Assembly: GCA_023819145.1 (NCBI GenBank)
Contig: JAMWCW010000004.1
Span: 9,935 to 73,934, forward strand
Origin: Candidatus Omnitrophota bacterium
GTDB taxonomy: Bacteria; Omnitrophota; Gorgyraeia; DTHP01
Reading direction: 5' to 3'
DNA: 64,000 nt
Shown here: positions 39,715 to 48,407 of the stretch, in pieces
How the letters are laid out: the number at the start of each line of letters is the position of its first letter
Numbering within the stretch: the stretch's first letter is position 1
The notes under the pieces: generated by a model
The model's input: only the letters and a program-made list of their open reading frames with translations
What the model was told of the DNA's origin: nothing
Databases searched by the model: none
Program-made: the position numbers and the translations under genes

Positions 39715-40782
39715 ATGCTCGATAAAAGACTGGAAGAACTGTTAAGGATGACGGTAGAAGAAAAGGCTTCAGATTTACATTTAGGAACTGGTATGCCTCC
39801 GTATCTTCGTATAGACGAAAAACTTATTGCGGTAGGAAAAGAACCGCTTAATAGAGAAACAGTCAAAGAAATGGCCTATAGTTTAATAGACGAGAGACAA
39901 AGAGCCCAGTTTGAAGCAGAAAAGGAACTCGATATGTCTTTTGGAATCGAAGGCTGGAGCCGTTTCAGAGTCAATCTTTTCTATCAACGGGGAGATATCG
40001 GAGTTGCTATCCGTGCATTACCATATCATATTATGAGCATAGAAGAATGTGGATTACCGCCGGATATTATAAAAGATTTAATTACTAAGCCAAAAGGGTT
40101 GGTGTTGGTTACTGGAGCCACGGGGAGTGGAAAGTCTACGACGTTGGCGGCGATGATTGAAGAAATTAATCGAGAAAGAACATGCCACATTGTAACTATA
40201 GAAGATCCTATAGAATATGTCTATAAAAATAAAAAATCCATCATTGATCAACGGGAAGTAGGTTCCGATACATATTCCTTCTCCAGTGCTTTAAAACATG
40301 TTCTTCGTCAAGATCCCAATGTCATTCTTATTGGTGAAATGCGTGATCTGGAAACGATAGAAGCAGCTCTAAATATAGCAGAAACAGGTCATCTTGTATT
40401 AGCTACTCTTCATACCTCAGACGCAGTACAGACAATAAACCGCGTAATAGATGTTTTTCCGCAGTATCAACAGAATCAGGTAAGAATTCAATTATCCTTT
40501 GTCCTACTAGCAGTTTTATCACAACAATTAATCCCCCGCTTAGGAGGAAAAGGAAGGATCCTTGCTATAGAATTGTTAGTTGCTAACCATGCGGTACGTA
40601 GCCTCATCAGAGATGCTAAAGTACACCAGATATATTCTATAATCCAAACTAGCCAGAAAGAAGGCATGAAAACTATGAACCAGTCTCTTTATGAGCTCTA
40701 CATCAACAAAATGATAACCATGGACGATGCCCTTTCAAGAACCTTAGATCCCGATGATTTAAAGAGGCTATTAGAAAAATAA
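39715..40782 (+). CDS. pilT: Type IV pilus retraction ATPase PilT
   Basis: ASDLH, GATGSGKST, TIEDPIE, LRQDP, GEMRD, TGHLVLATLH. Confidence 0.95.
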   Translation: MLDKRLEELLRMTVEEKASDLHLGTGMPPYLRIDEKLIAVGKEPLNRETVKEMAYSLIDERQRAQFEAEKELDMSFGIEGWSRFRVNLFYQRGDIGVAIRALPYHIMSIEECGLPPDIIKDLITKPKGLVLVTGATGSGKSTTLAAMIEEINRERTCHIVTIEDPIEYVYKNKKSIIDQREVGSDTYSFSSALKHVLRQDPNVILIGEMRDLETIEAALNIAETGHLVLATLHTSDAVQTINRVIDVFPQYQQNQVRIQLSFVLLAVLSQQLIPRLGGKGRILAIELLVANHAVRSLIRDAKVHQIYSIIQTSQKEGMKTMNQSLYELYINKMITMDDALSRTLDPDDLKRLLEK

Positions 40783-41255
40783 TGTTCACACTCAAGAAAA
40801 ATTTTACAGCATTTATTCTGCTAACATTTTACATTGCTCCTATTTATATCCTGGCAGAGGAAAATCCAGAATTAAATTTTACCAGTGAACTAAGTAAAAA
40901 TAGGATAAAAATGGGAGAAAACGTTATCCTTACTGTAACTATCTCAGGAGCGTATAAAGTTCCGCCGGAAATTAAACTACCCAATCTCTCAGATTTCACT
41001 ATCATCTCATCTAATCAATATTCCTCTTATAATATCAAAGAAAAGAAATACGAAGCAAAGACCAAATATGAGATTCATCTTTTACCAAAAAAACCAGGAA
41101 CTTTCTCTATCGGTCCCATAGAATTACACTACGCCCGTCAGGTATATAAAACGCAGATTCTTACGCTGGAAGTTTTACCATCTAAAGAATATGAAGAATC
41201 TCCTTTACCTAAAAAAGAAATTCCTTGGAAGGATAAAAAAGGCATCATTATTTAA
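40782..41255 (+). CDS. BatD-family secreted beta-sandwich protein
   Basis: Signal peptide; LPNLSDF, PKKPGTFSIGP pattern of one BatD repeat. Confidence 0.75.
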   Translation: MFTLKKNFTAFILLTFYIAPIYILAEENPELNFTSELSKNRIKMGENVILTVTISGAYKVPPEIKLPNLSDFTIISSNQYSSYNIKEKKYEAKTKYEIHLLPKKPGTFSIGPIELHYARQVYKTQILTLEVLPSKEYEESPLPKKEIPWKDKKGIII

Positions 41256-41266
41256 ATAGGAAACCC

Positions 41267-42193
41267 ATGCTTAAAGAATTAAATAAAATAGTGGACAAGA
41301 TAGTTTATCAATGCATGGGTTACCAAAGAGGAGAAAGGATTCTGATTATTACTGATGATAAATTGGTAAAAATTGCTAAAATTTTTTACGAAAGGATTAA
41401 AAACCTCGGCATAGAAATTTCGCTTATGTGTATACCCCCGCGTTCGGTTCACGGTGAAGAACCTCCTCCAGAAGTAACTTTCGCATTGAAAGCTACCAAT
41501 GTAGCATTATTAATCACTTCTAGATCACTATCCCACACCTACGCAAGACAGTCTGCTTCAAAAAAATATGGCGTAAGAATAGCTTCGATGCCAGGAATAA
41601 ATCTCGATATTCTTAAACGCAGTTTGAATCTAGATTACAAAGAACTTAGTAATAAAACCAATAGATTAGCAGTGGTTATAAACAGAGGTAAGAATATCAG
41701 GGTTAAGACAAAAAAGGGGACAGATGTAAATTTTTCTATAAAGGGGAGAAAAACTTTAGAAGATAATGGTTTATATATACAAAAGGGTGCATTTGGCAAC
41801 TTACCTGCTGGAGAAGTGTGCATTGCCCCTTTAGAAGGAACTACGCAAGGAATACTTTTAATAGATGCGAGTTTTGCTATGTTAGGAAGATTGAGAAAGC
41901 CCATAGAATTAGAAGCTAAAAATGGAATTGTTGTGAAGATTAATGATACGAGATTGAAAAGATTATTATCGAGAATGGGAAAATCTGCTTTAAATATTGC
42001 AGAATTTGGCATTGGTTTAAATCCTAAGGCAATAATCTCTGGGAATATCCTTGAGGATGAAAAAGCTACAGGTACTGCCCATATTGCTTTAGGCGACAAT
42101 CTTTCTTTTGGAGGTAGGACGAAAGCAAAATGTCATTTAGACGGAGTATTTCTAAACCCAGAGGTCTGGGTAGATGAAGAAAAAATAATATAA
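41267..42193 (+). CDS. Aminopeptidase (M29/aminopeptidase-T-like metalloenzyme)
   Basis: HGEEPP, SLSHT, NLPAGE, IAEFGIGLN, EDEK, HIALG, HLD. Confidence 0.85.
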   Translation: MLKELNKIVDKIVYQCMGYQRGERILIITDDKLVKIAKIFYERIKNLGIEISLMCIPPRSVHGEEPPPEVTFALKATNVALLITSRSLSHTYARQSASKKYGVRIASMPGINLDILKRSLNLDYKELSNKTNRLAVVINRGKNIRVKTKKGTDVNFSIKGRKTLEDNGLYIQKGAFGNLPAGEVCIAPLEGTTQGILLIDASFAMLGRLRKPIELEAKNGIVVKINDTRLKRLLSRMGKSALNIAEFGIGLNPKAIISGNILEDEKATGTAHIALGDNLSFGGRTKAKCHLDGVFLNPEVWVDEEKII

Positions 42194-42240
42194 TAATCTT
42201 TCTTCTTTTTTATTCTTCTCCATAAAAAATTAAACTTTCC

Positions 42241-42418
42241 CACGGCGTCACCCGTTATTTTTTATTAGGGCACAATGCCACGGGCATTTTTAAGACGCCG
42301 TGCATTTTCTATTTTATATAACACTTTCTTTGCAATTTTTATTACAATATTTTCACCGGGTGCCACCCGTTATTTTTATTAGGCACAATGCCACGGGCAA
42401 TATTTAAGGCACCCAGGT
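42241..42418 (-). ncRNA. Putative structured ncRNA with two tandem ~62-nt motifs (42241-42302 and 42355-42418); family unknown
   Basis: Shared core GCCCGU-GGCAUUGUGCC-(C)UAAUAAAAA(A)UA-ACGGGU; enclosing stem differs at 3 positions, all compensatory; G-U pairs favour the minus strand. Confidence 0.7.
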
Positions 42419-42438
42419 ATTTTTTTAATTATATTTTA

Positions 42439-42454
42439 AGCAAATTCCATACCA
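42439..42454 (-). promoter_or_regulatory. sigma54 (RpoN) -24/-12 promoter TGGTATGGAATTTGCT
   Basis: GG-N10-GC with TGG and TTGCT context; predicted +1 near 42428, about 10 nt before the first RNA motif. Confidence 0.7.
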
Positions 42455-42492
42455 AAATAAAGAAAATCAAATAAACAAATGTTTAATATATA

Positions 42493-42505
42493 TAAGTTAT
42501 TGATA
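42493..42505 (-). promoter_or_regulatory. IHF-type binding site TATCAATAACTTA
   Basis: Exact match to WATCAANNNNTTR about 40-50 bp upstream of the -24 element. Confidence 0.55.
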
Positions 42506-42728
42506 ATAAACATACTTATAGAATAAGAACTTTCTTAAGCTAAATTCTTCTCTTATACCTGAGTTAGAAAAAGTTGGTTACTTTTTTTACTATTATCAAC
42601 AAGCGAAAAAAATAATTTACATATACCTTCCGTAACTATATGATAATTAGATAAATAACCTAAAACAGAGAATAAGGAAATTGTAAATAAAAGTTTCCCT
42701 ATATGTAATTTTTATTTCCTTTTTTCCC

Positions 42729-42757
42729 TTGACAAATATTCTCTTTATTAATATTAT
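42729..42757 (+). promoter_or_regulatory. sigma70 promoter of the PG-binding lipoprotein gene (TTGACA-17-TATTAT)
   Basis: Near-consensus; SD AAGGAG before ATG 42800. Confidence 0.65.
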
Positions 42758-42799
42758 TATATCTAAAATCTATTCAATTAAAAAAGAAAGGAGCGAGAT

Positions 42800-43198
42800 A
42801 TGAAGAAAAAGGGGATAGTCGTTTGTTTTTTGTTCGCATTTATTTTTATTTCAGGATGCGCGAAGAAGAAAGAAGAAATTAGAATCTTTGAGCCTGAGGA
42901 ATTTGAATCCGAAACCAAAGAAATCGAAACTATAAAAATAGTTCCTCCCGAAATAAGCACCTCACCATCTCCTACTCCTGAGGAGGAGAAAATATTACAT
43001 AACCAAAAGATACAGAGGGCCTTAAAAATCAGCGGTTTCTACACTGGAGAAATTGACGGGAAAATTGGTCCTAAGACACGTGAAGCTATTCGTAAGTTCC
43101 AAGCAGCGAGAGGACTAAAGGTAGATGGTATAGTTGGACCTAAAACATGGCAAGAATTAGAGAAGGTTCTTGTCTCTCAACCCTCATCTTCTCAGTAA
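42800..43198 (+). CDS. Lipoprotein with a PG_binding_1 peptidoglycan-binding domain
   Basis: Lipobox ISGC, Pro/Ser/Glu linker, IQRALK...IDGKIGPKT...FQ...GLKVDGIVGPKTW. Confidence 0.9.
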   Translation: MKKKGIVVCFLFAFIFISGCAKKKEEIRIFEPEEFESETKEIETIKIVPPEISTSPSPTPEEEKILHNQKIQRALKISGFYTGEIDGKIGPKTREAIRKFQAARGLKVDGIVGPKTWQELEKVLVSQPSSSQ

Positions 43199-44601
43199 TC
43201 TAACTGTTCATAGGAATAAAACTTTCTTGTTATTGAGGGACGATAAGATAATTTTGTCTTTCTTATATTCTCTAAACCCGAATCATCCATAGTATTGATA
43301 AACTTAAAATTCTTTAACCTTCTGCAGAATTCAGAAAACATATATTGAGCAATTCCCTTAAATCTAAAATCTACCACTTCCGCAAATATGCAAAAATTAT
43401 CCTGATCTAAAGGGTACCCAAAGCTGTACCCTTTAATTTCACCTCCTATTTCCAATACAATACCTTCCAAATCTAATAATTCATAATCAGATAATAATCG
43501 ACGTTGGGCAAAGAAATTATCTTCGATAAGCAAACGGTAATGTTCAGATTTATATTTCTTCAACCTATCTCCTGTCCACAATTCATATAGTTTAAGACAC
43601 TCACTACCGTCTTTAGAAGTGAGTTCTCTAATTTTCGCAGGGTAGTTCTTATGAAAATAATTATAAGCACAACGCTGGGATTTAAAACCATCACCTTTTA
43701 GCTCTGCAATTTTTAAACTCTCATATATGTATTCTAAATTCACGCATTTTAATTTGAAATTATTCTGTTTAAAGAAATCAGAATAATGAACGGTAACGTT
43801 ATCTATTCTCATATTTTTTCCCAAAAAACTTTTACCAAAATTGATGGCTTGAGGAGAAATTGTTTTACCAAGAGGAGGCAAAATAAGAAAAGAACTTTCT
43901 CCTTGCTTACAAAATACTAAAAGATTATTATCCACTACCTCCCAAAGTAAATAAGCAATGTTTCTCCAGCTATATAAATATTCAAAAGCGTAACTAAAAT
44001 TTTTCCCATCTTCTGTTAAGAATTTATTAAAGAGTTCCTTGTCTTTTAAAGAAATCATTTTTAAATTTGTTTCTTTACCAAAAATTTTAGAGCTAATTTT
44101 ATCTAGGATACCAAAAGTAAAAAAATTTGTATTATAATCCATTATTAATCCTGGATTTTGGTAAACTGTTTCGAAATTTTCTTCATTTTCTAAAATAGAT
44201 TTCAGTCTTTTGGCAAAGTTAAGAAAAATATTCATATCTTTATCTCTTAAATATGGACATTGCAAATCTATCCCTAAGTGAACCTCTGTATAATCTTCGT
44301 TGTAAAATAAAACAAAAGGATACAACCTACAATCTAATGGTCTTTCATTATAGATTAAACATTTTTTCTGATTAGAATTAAAAAATGGACAGACATAAAA
44401 GTTTCTATTTTTGATACCTCTTAAATTAATGCCATAAGAATTAATAAAAGAAGGTAAAAATTTATAGCATTTATATTTATCAATCTCTCCTTTAAGTATA
44501 AAAGGAGCCCATGGACTAAATTCGTCTATAAAACGACAGCAGACTTCGCATTTTAGGCAGATTTCTTGGGGAATAAATTGAGGAATAAAGAAAGTTTCCA
44601 T
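43192..44601 (-). CDS. Fusion of a YkgJ-type Cys-cluster domain and a DUF2156 (aminoacyl-PG synthase-like) domain
   Basis: N-terminal CLKCEVCC...CPF...CLIY..RPLDCRLYP; C-terminal EYIY..LAELKG-like segment, KGIAQY, INTMDDSGLENIRKTKLSYRP. Confidence 0.8.
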   Translation of the reverse strand: METFFIPQFIPQEICLKCEVCCRFIDEFSPWAPFILKGEIDKYKCYKFLPSFINSYGINLRGIKNRNFYVCPFFNSNQKKCLIYNERPLDCRLYPFVLFYNEDYTEVHLGIDLQCPYLRDKDMNIFLNFAKRLKSILENEENFETVYQNPGLIMDYNTNFFTFGILDKISSKIFGKETNLKMISLKDKELFNKFLTEDGKNFSYAFEYLYSWRNIAYLLWEVVDNNLLVFCKQGESSFLILPPLGKTISPQAINFGKSFLGKNMRIDNVTVHYSDFFKQNNFKLKCVNLEYIYESLKIAELKGDGFKSQRCAYNYFHKNYPAKIRELTSKDGSECLKLYELWTGDRLKKYKSEHYRLLIEDNFFAQRRLLSDYELLDLEGIVLEIGGEIKGYSFGYPLDQDNFCIFAEVVDFRFKGIAQYMFSEFCRRLKNFKFINTMDDSGLENIRKTKLSYRPSITRKFYSYEQLDY

Positions 44602-44624
44602 ATAATATGTCTCATTACTTACTC

Positions 44625-44653
44625 TTTACAAGATATTTTATATATTATAAAAT
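44625..44653 (+). promoter_or_regulatory. sigma70 promoter of rlmN operon (TTTACA-17-TAAAAT)
   Basis: Motif in the divergent intergenic gap. Confidence 0.5.
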
Positions 44654-44691
44654 TAAATACAGAAGTTTTTCCATCTAAAAATTGCTTAAAT

Positions 44692-45747
44692 ATGAAACAG
44701 GATATAAAAAATTTAACTATTGAGGAATTGGTAAACTATCTATCCTTAAAAGGAGAAAAAACCTACCATGCTAAACAGATTGCTACTTGGATATACAAAA
44801 AGGATTTATACGATTTCACTAAGATGACCGATATATCTCTACAACTAAGAGAGAAGTTGATAAGCGATTTTTATATTGGGAAAATAAACTTAACCGAAGA
44901 AAAGATTTCGGAAATCGACTCTACGCGAAAATTTCTTTTTCAATTGAAAGACAACCGTCTAATCGAATCCGTACTTATCCCTAACATTAACCGCCTCACT
45001 GCCTGCATATCCACACAAATAGGGTGTAAATTTGGTTGTGTATTTTGTCTAAGCGGAGCAAGGGGTTTTATCCGTAATCTTTGTACCGGAGAAATTGTAA
45101 ATCAACTACAATCAATTATCTATATTTTAAAAAATAGCAATAACTTACAAAAAGGAATTCTAAATCAAAGGGTTAATAATGTAGTGTTTATGGGGATGGG
45201 AGAACCTTTAGATAACTATAAAAATGTAATCAAAGCAATCAAAATTATCAACCATCCTTATGGTTTAAATATTGGCGCAAGAAAAATCACTATTTCGACA
45301 TGCGGTTTACCTGAGGAAATAAAAAAACTCAGTCAGGAAAATATCCAGGTGGAACTATCTATTTCTCTTCACGCACCAACCGATAGCCTACGGAATAGAT
45401 TAATGCCTATAAATAAAAAATTCTCCCTTAAGGAATTAATTCCTATCTGTAGAAAATATTCTCTGGATACGAAGCGCATAGTTACCTTTGAATATGTGCT
45501 AATAAAAGACGTAAATGATAGTAGAGAAAATTTAGAAGAATTGATAAAATTATTACAAGGTTTTAAATGGAAGGTAAATCTGATAATCTATAATCCTTCT
45601 AGAAAAATGAAATTTCAACCATCTTCTATGGAAAGAGCAATTTTGTTCCAAAAGGGATTAAAAATCGCTGGCATAATCGCTACCATAAGACAGTCTAAAG
45701 GAGAAGACATAGGAGCGGCTTGCGGACAACTTGCTCTAAGAATATAA
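44692..45747 (+). CDS. rlmN: Dual-specificity RNA methyltransferase RlmN
   Basis: CISTQIGCKFGCVFC, MGMGEP, ISLHA, AACGQL; start moved to ATG 44692. Confidence 0.95.
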   Translation: MKQDIKNLTIEELVNYLSLKGEKTYHAKQIATWIYKKDLYDFTKMTDISLQLREKLISDFYIGKINLTEEKISEIDSTRKFLFQLKDNRLIESVLIPNINRLTACISTQIGCKFGCVFCLSGARGFIRNLCTGEIVNQLQSIIYILKNSNNLQKGILNQRVNNVVFMGMGEPLDNYKNVIKAIKIINHPYGLNIGARKITISTCGLPEEIKKLSQENIQVELSISLHAPTDSLRNRLMPINKKFSLKELIPICRKYSLDTKRIVTFEYVLIKDVNDSRENLEELIKLLQGFKWKVNLIIYNPSRKMKFQPSSMERAILFQKGLKIAGIIATIRQSKGEDIGAACGQLALRI

Positions 45748-45751
45748 AAAC

Positions 45752-48363
45752 ATGAAGAGAAAAATTATAATACCTATTATAATCGCATTACTATTACTAG
45801 GAGGGTGTCTCCCAAATCAGAAAACCACCAAAGAGTTAAAAAAGTGCCATACCGCAGATAAATTTATTCTACAAAATGGATTAACTATCGTCGCTAAAAA
45901 AACACACCATTATAATTTAATAAGCATAGAGCTACTTGTCAAAACAGGCTCAGCACGAGAAAGAGGCTATTTAGGCACAGGAATTTCTCATTTCTTAGAA
46001 CATCTTATCTTTAAAGGAACTGAAAACTATACGACAGGAGAAATTGCCCGAAAGATAAAACTTCTGGGAGGGGAAATAAATGGTTTTACCAGCCATGATT
46101 ATACTTCCTTTTGTATAACTGTCCCCAAAAACAATGTAGAAGAAGCACTAAACATTTTAATCAATTCGGTTTTAAAACCACAACTGAAGGAAGAAGATTT
46201 TGAAAAAGAACGTCAAGTAATATTAAAAGAAATGCTTATTGAAGAAGATGATCCTCAGCGGAAACTCTATCGGTTATTCTGGAACAACTTTTATCAAGCT
46301 CATCCCTACAAACATCCAATCATCGGTTATCCAGAATTGTTTTCACAATTAACTTTAGAAGACATCGTCACTTACCACAAGAGAAATTATATCCCCAATA
46401 ACATTATTCTCAGTATCGCTGGAGATTTTGAAAATAGTTTTATTGAAAATGTAAGAAGGAAACTCTCCGAAATAGAAAGGGCTAAGGAAATAGAGCCTGT
46501 AAATATAACTGAACATTTCCATCTATCTCCTTACGACTATGAGGAAGAATACCCTACAAAACTAATGCATCTTATACTGGGGTTCCCCGGAATAGAAATT
46601 AATCATCCCGACCTTTACGCATTGGACCTATTAGCTACTATTCTTGGAGGAGGAAGAAGCTCGCGCTTATATGACAGAATGAAAATTAAGGAAAATCTTG
46701 CCTATACTATTTCTTGCTTTAATCACACTCCTAAGGAAAAAGGAATATTAGGAATATATGTAACTGGAGAATACAAAAACAAAGAAAAAATTATTGAACA
46801 TGTGTTGGAAGAAATAGAAAAGATTAAAAAACAAACCATTTCCTACCGTGAGCTTAATAAAGCGAAGAACATATTATTAAACCAATTTTATCTTGCCCAC
46901 GAAACAGTAGAGGATCAAGCACACCAGCTAGCAATTGGAGAATTATTTACAGGCCAACCGGAATTCTATTCTTTCTACATAGAAAAAATTAAAAAAGTTA
47001 GCCCACAAGAGTTAAAAATAATCACATATAAATATCTACTTAGAGATAGTTTGGTGGTTGTTTCTCTGAAACCCTCAGGAAATTATGAACATAGAGATAA
47101 AAATCAAAAAACTAACGAAGATATCGGAAATATAGAAAAAATTAATCTTAAGAACGGATTAACTCTGTTGATTAAAGAAGAACATTTTTCCCCCACTATC
47201 TATATCAACGCAGTTTTTCTAGGAGGATTGAGATTAGAGAGTAAAGAAAATAATGGAATTTTTAATCTTTTAGCAAATCTTCTTCTGAAAGGAACAAATA
47301 ATAAAACTGCAGAAGAAATTAATCGCCTTATAGAAGAAAATGGGGGGAGTTTAGAAACCTTCAGTGGGATAAATAGTATAGGCATATCTATAAATATTAA
47401 TAGTAAAAACATCCGCAAGGGAATTCGCTTGCTTTCAGAAATAATTAAATATGCAAATTTTCCAGAAAAGGAATTGGAAAAAGAAAAGAAACAAATACTA
47501 GCAAGAATAAAAGAGAGAGAGAAGAAGACCCTGTGATGTACGCAATTAAACTTGTTAAACATACTCTCTTCACTACTCATCCATACGGCATGGATGTCTT
47601 AGGAGAGAAAGAAACCATCGAAAAGATTAAAAGAGAAGATATTGTTAACTTATACCATAAAATATTTAATCCTAAAAACTGTGTAATTGCTATCTGGGGA
47701 GACTTTAACAAAAAAGATGTATTAAAAGAACTTAAAAGTTGTTTCTCCCGTTGGAAACCAGCAGAGAATTTCCTTGCATTAAAAAGCACAAAAGAATCTC
47801 CTATAGATAAACCTCAAATAAAAAAAGAAATAACAGAGAAAAAACAAGCGATAGTTGCTTTAGGTTTCCAAACCGTTTCAATCTATGACCCACACAAATT
47901 TGTCTTTGAAGTCCTGGAAAACATGTTGAGCGGATTGGGAAATAGACTGTCTGAAAAAATTAGAGAAAATTTTGGTCTGGTTTATTTTGTTGATGCTTAC
48001 AATACTACAGGACTGGATACAGGATATTTCATTATAATAGCTTCTACCGATAAAAGTAACTCAGAAAGGGTAAAAGAATTAATTTTTGAAGAAATTGAGA
48101 AAATTAAAAATTCTGGTTTTTCTAATGAGGAATTGGTTCGTTCTAAGGCATATCTAATCGGCAGAAAAAATAGATCATTACAGACCAAAAAAAATTCTGC
48201 TCTTATTAGTTCATTACATGAAATCTATGGACTGGGATTTGATTATTACAAAGACTACGAAGAAAAAATAGGATTGGTATCACAAAAGGAAATAAATAGT
48301 ATTTTAGAAACATATTTCAAAGATAATAATTATGTACTAGTTGAGTTATTACCAAAGGATTAG
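45752..48363 (+). pseudogene. M16 (pitrilysin-family) zinc protease lipoprotein, frameshifted into 594-aa and 276-aa ORFs
   Basis: Lipobox LGGC, HFLEH; break at (GA)5 47513-47522; removing one GA gives ...IKEREEDPVMY... and an 869-aa ORF. Confidence 0.8.
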
Positions 48364-48371
48364 AATATAAA

Positions 48372-48400
48372 TTGAATATGTTCAGTACTTGTGGTAAAAT
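48372..48400 (+). promoter_or_regulatory. sigma70 promoter (TTGAAT-17-TAAAAT, extended -10 TG) of the long operon starting at the MEMO gene
   Basis: -10 ends 7 nt before ATG 48408. Confidence 0.6.
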
Positions 48401-48407
48401 TATTCCA

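Noticed and set aside
42152-42223. 23-aa minus-strand ORF (MEKNKKEERLLYYFFFIYPDLWV) downstream of the motifs, as a riboswitch-controlled gene
   Set aside because: It runs antisense into the conserved aminopeptidase 3' end, has a weak SD and no recognisable homology; unsupported without Ribo-seq.
42239-42302. CCCACGGC...GCCGTG resemblance to IS200/IS605 end hairpins
   Set aside because: Only the left copy resembles it, the arms are far apart, and no tnpA/tnpB is nearby.
42331-42346. Second sigma54 promoter between the two motifs (TGTAATAAAAATTGCA)
   Set aside because: It has GT instead of the essentially invariant GG at -24.
42241-42418. Tandem motif as a CRISPR array
   Set aside because: Only two units of about 62 nt with divergent ends, and no cas genes in the window.
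42241-42430. Tandem motif as simple intrinsic terminators for the pilT-aminopeptidase operon
   Set aside because: T-runs follow on the plus strand, but the stems enclose about 45 nt with a near-invariant core, plus-strand folding needs A-C mismatches, and a sigma54 promoter points in from the other side. Disfavoured, not excluded.
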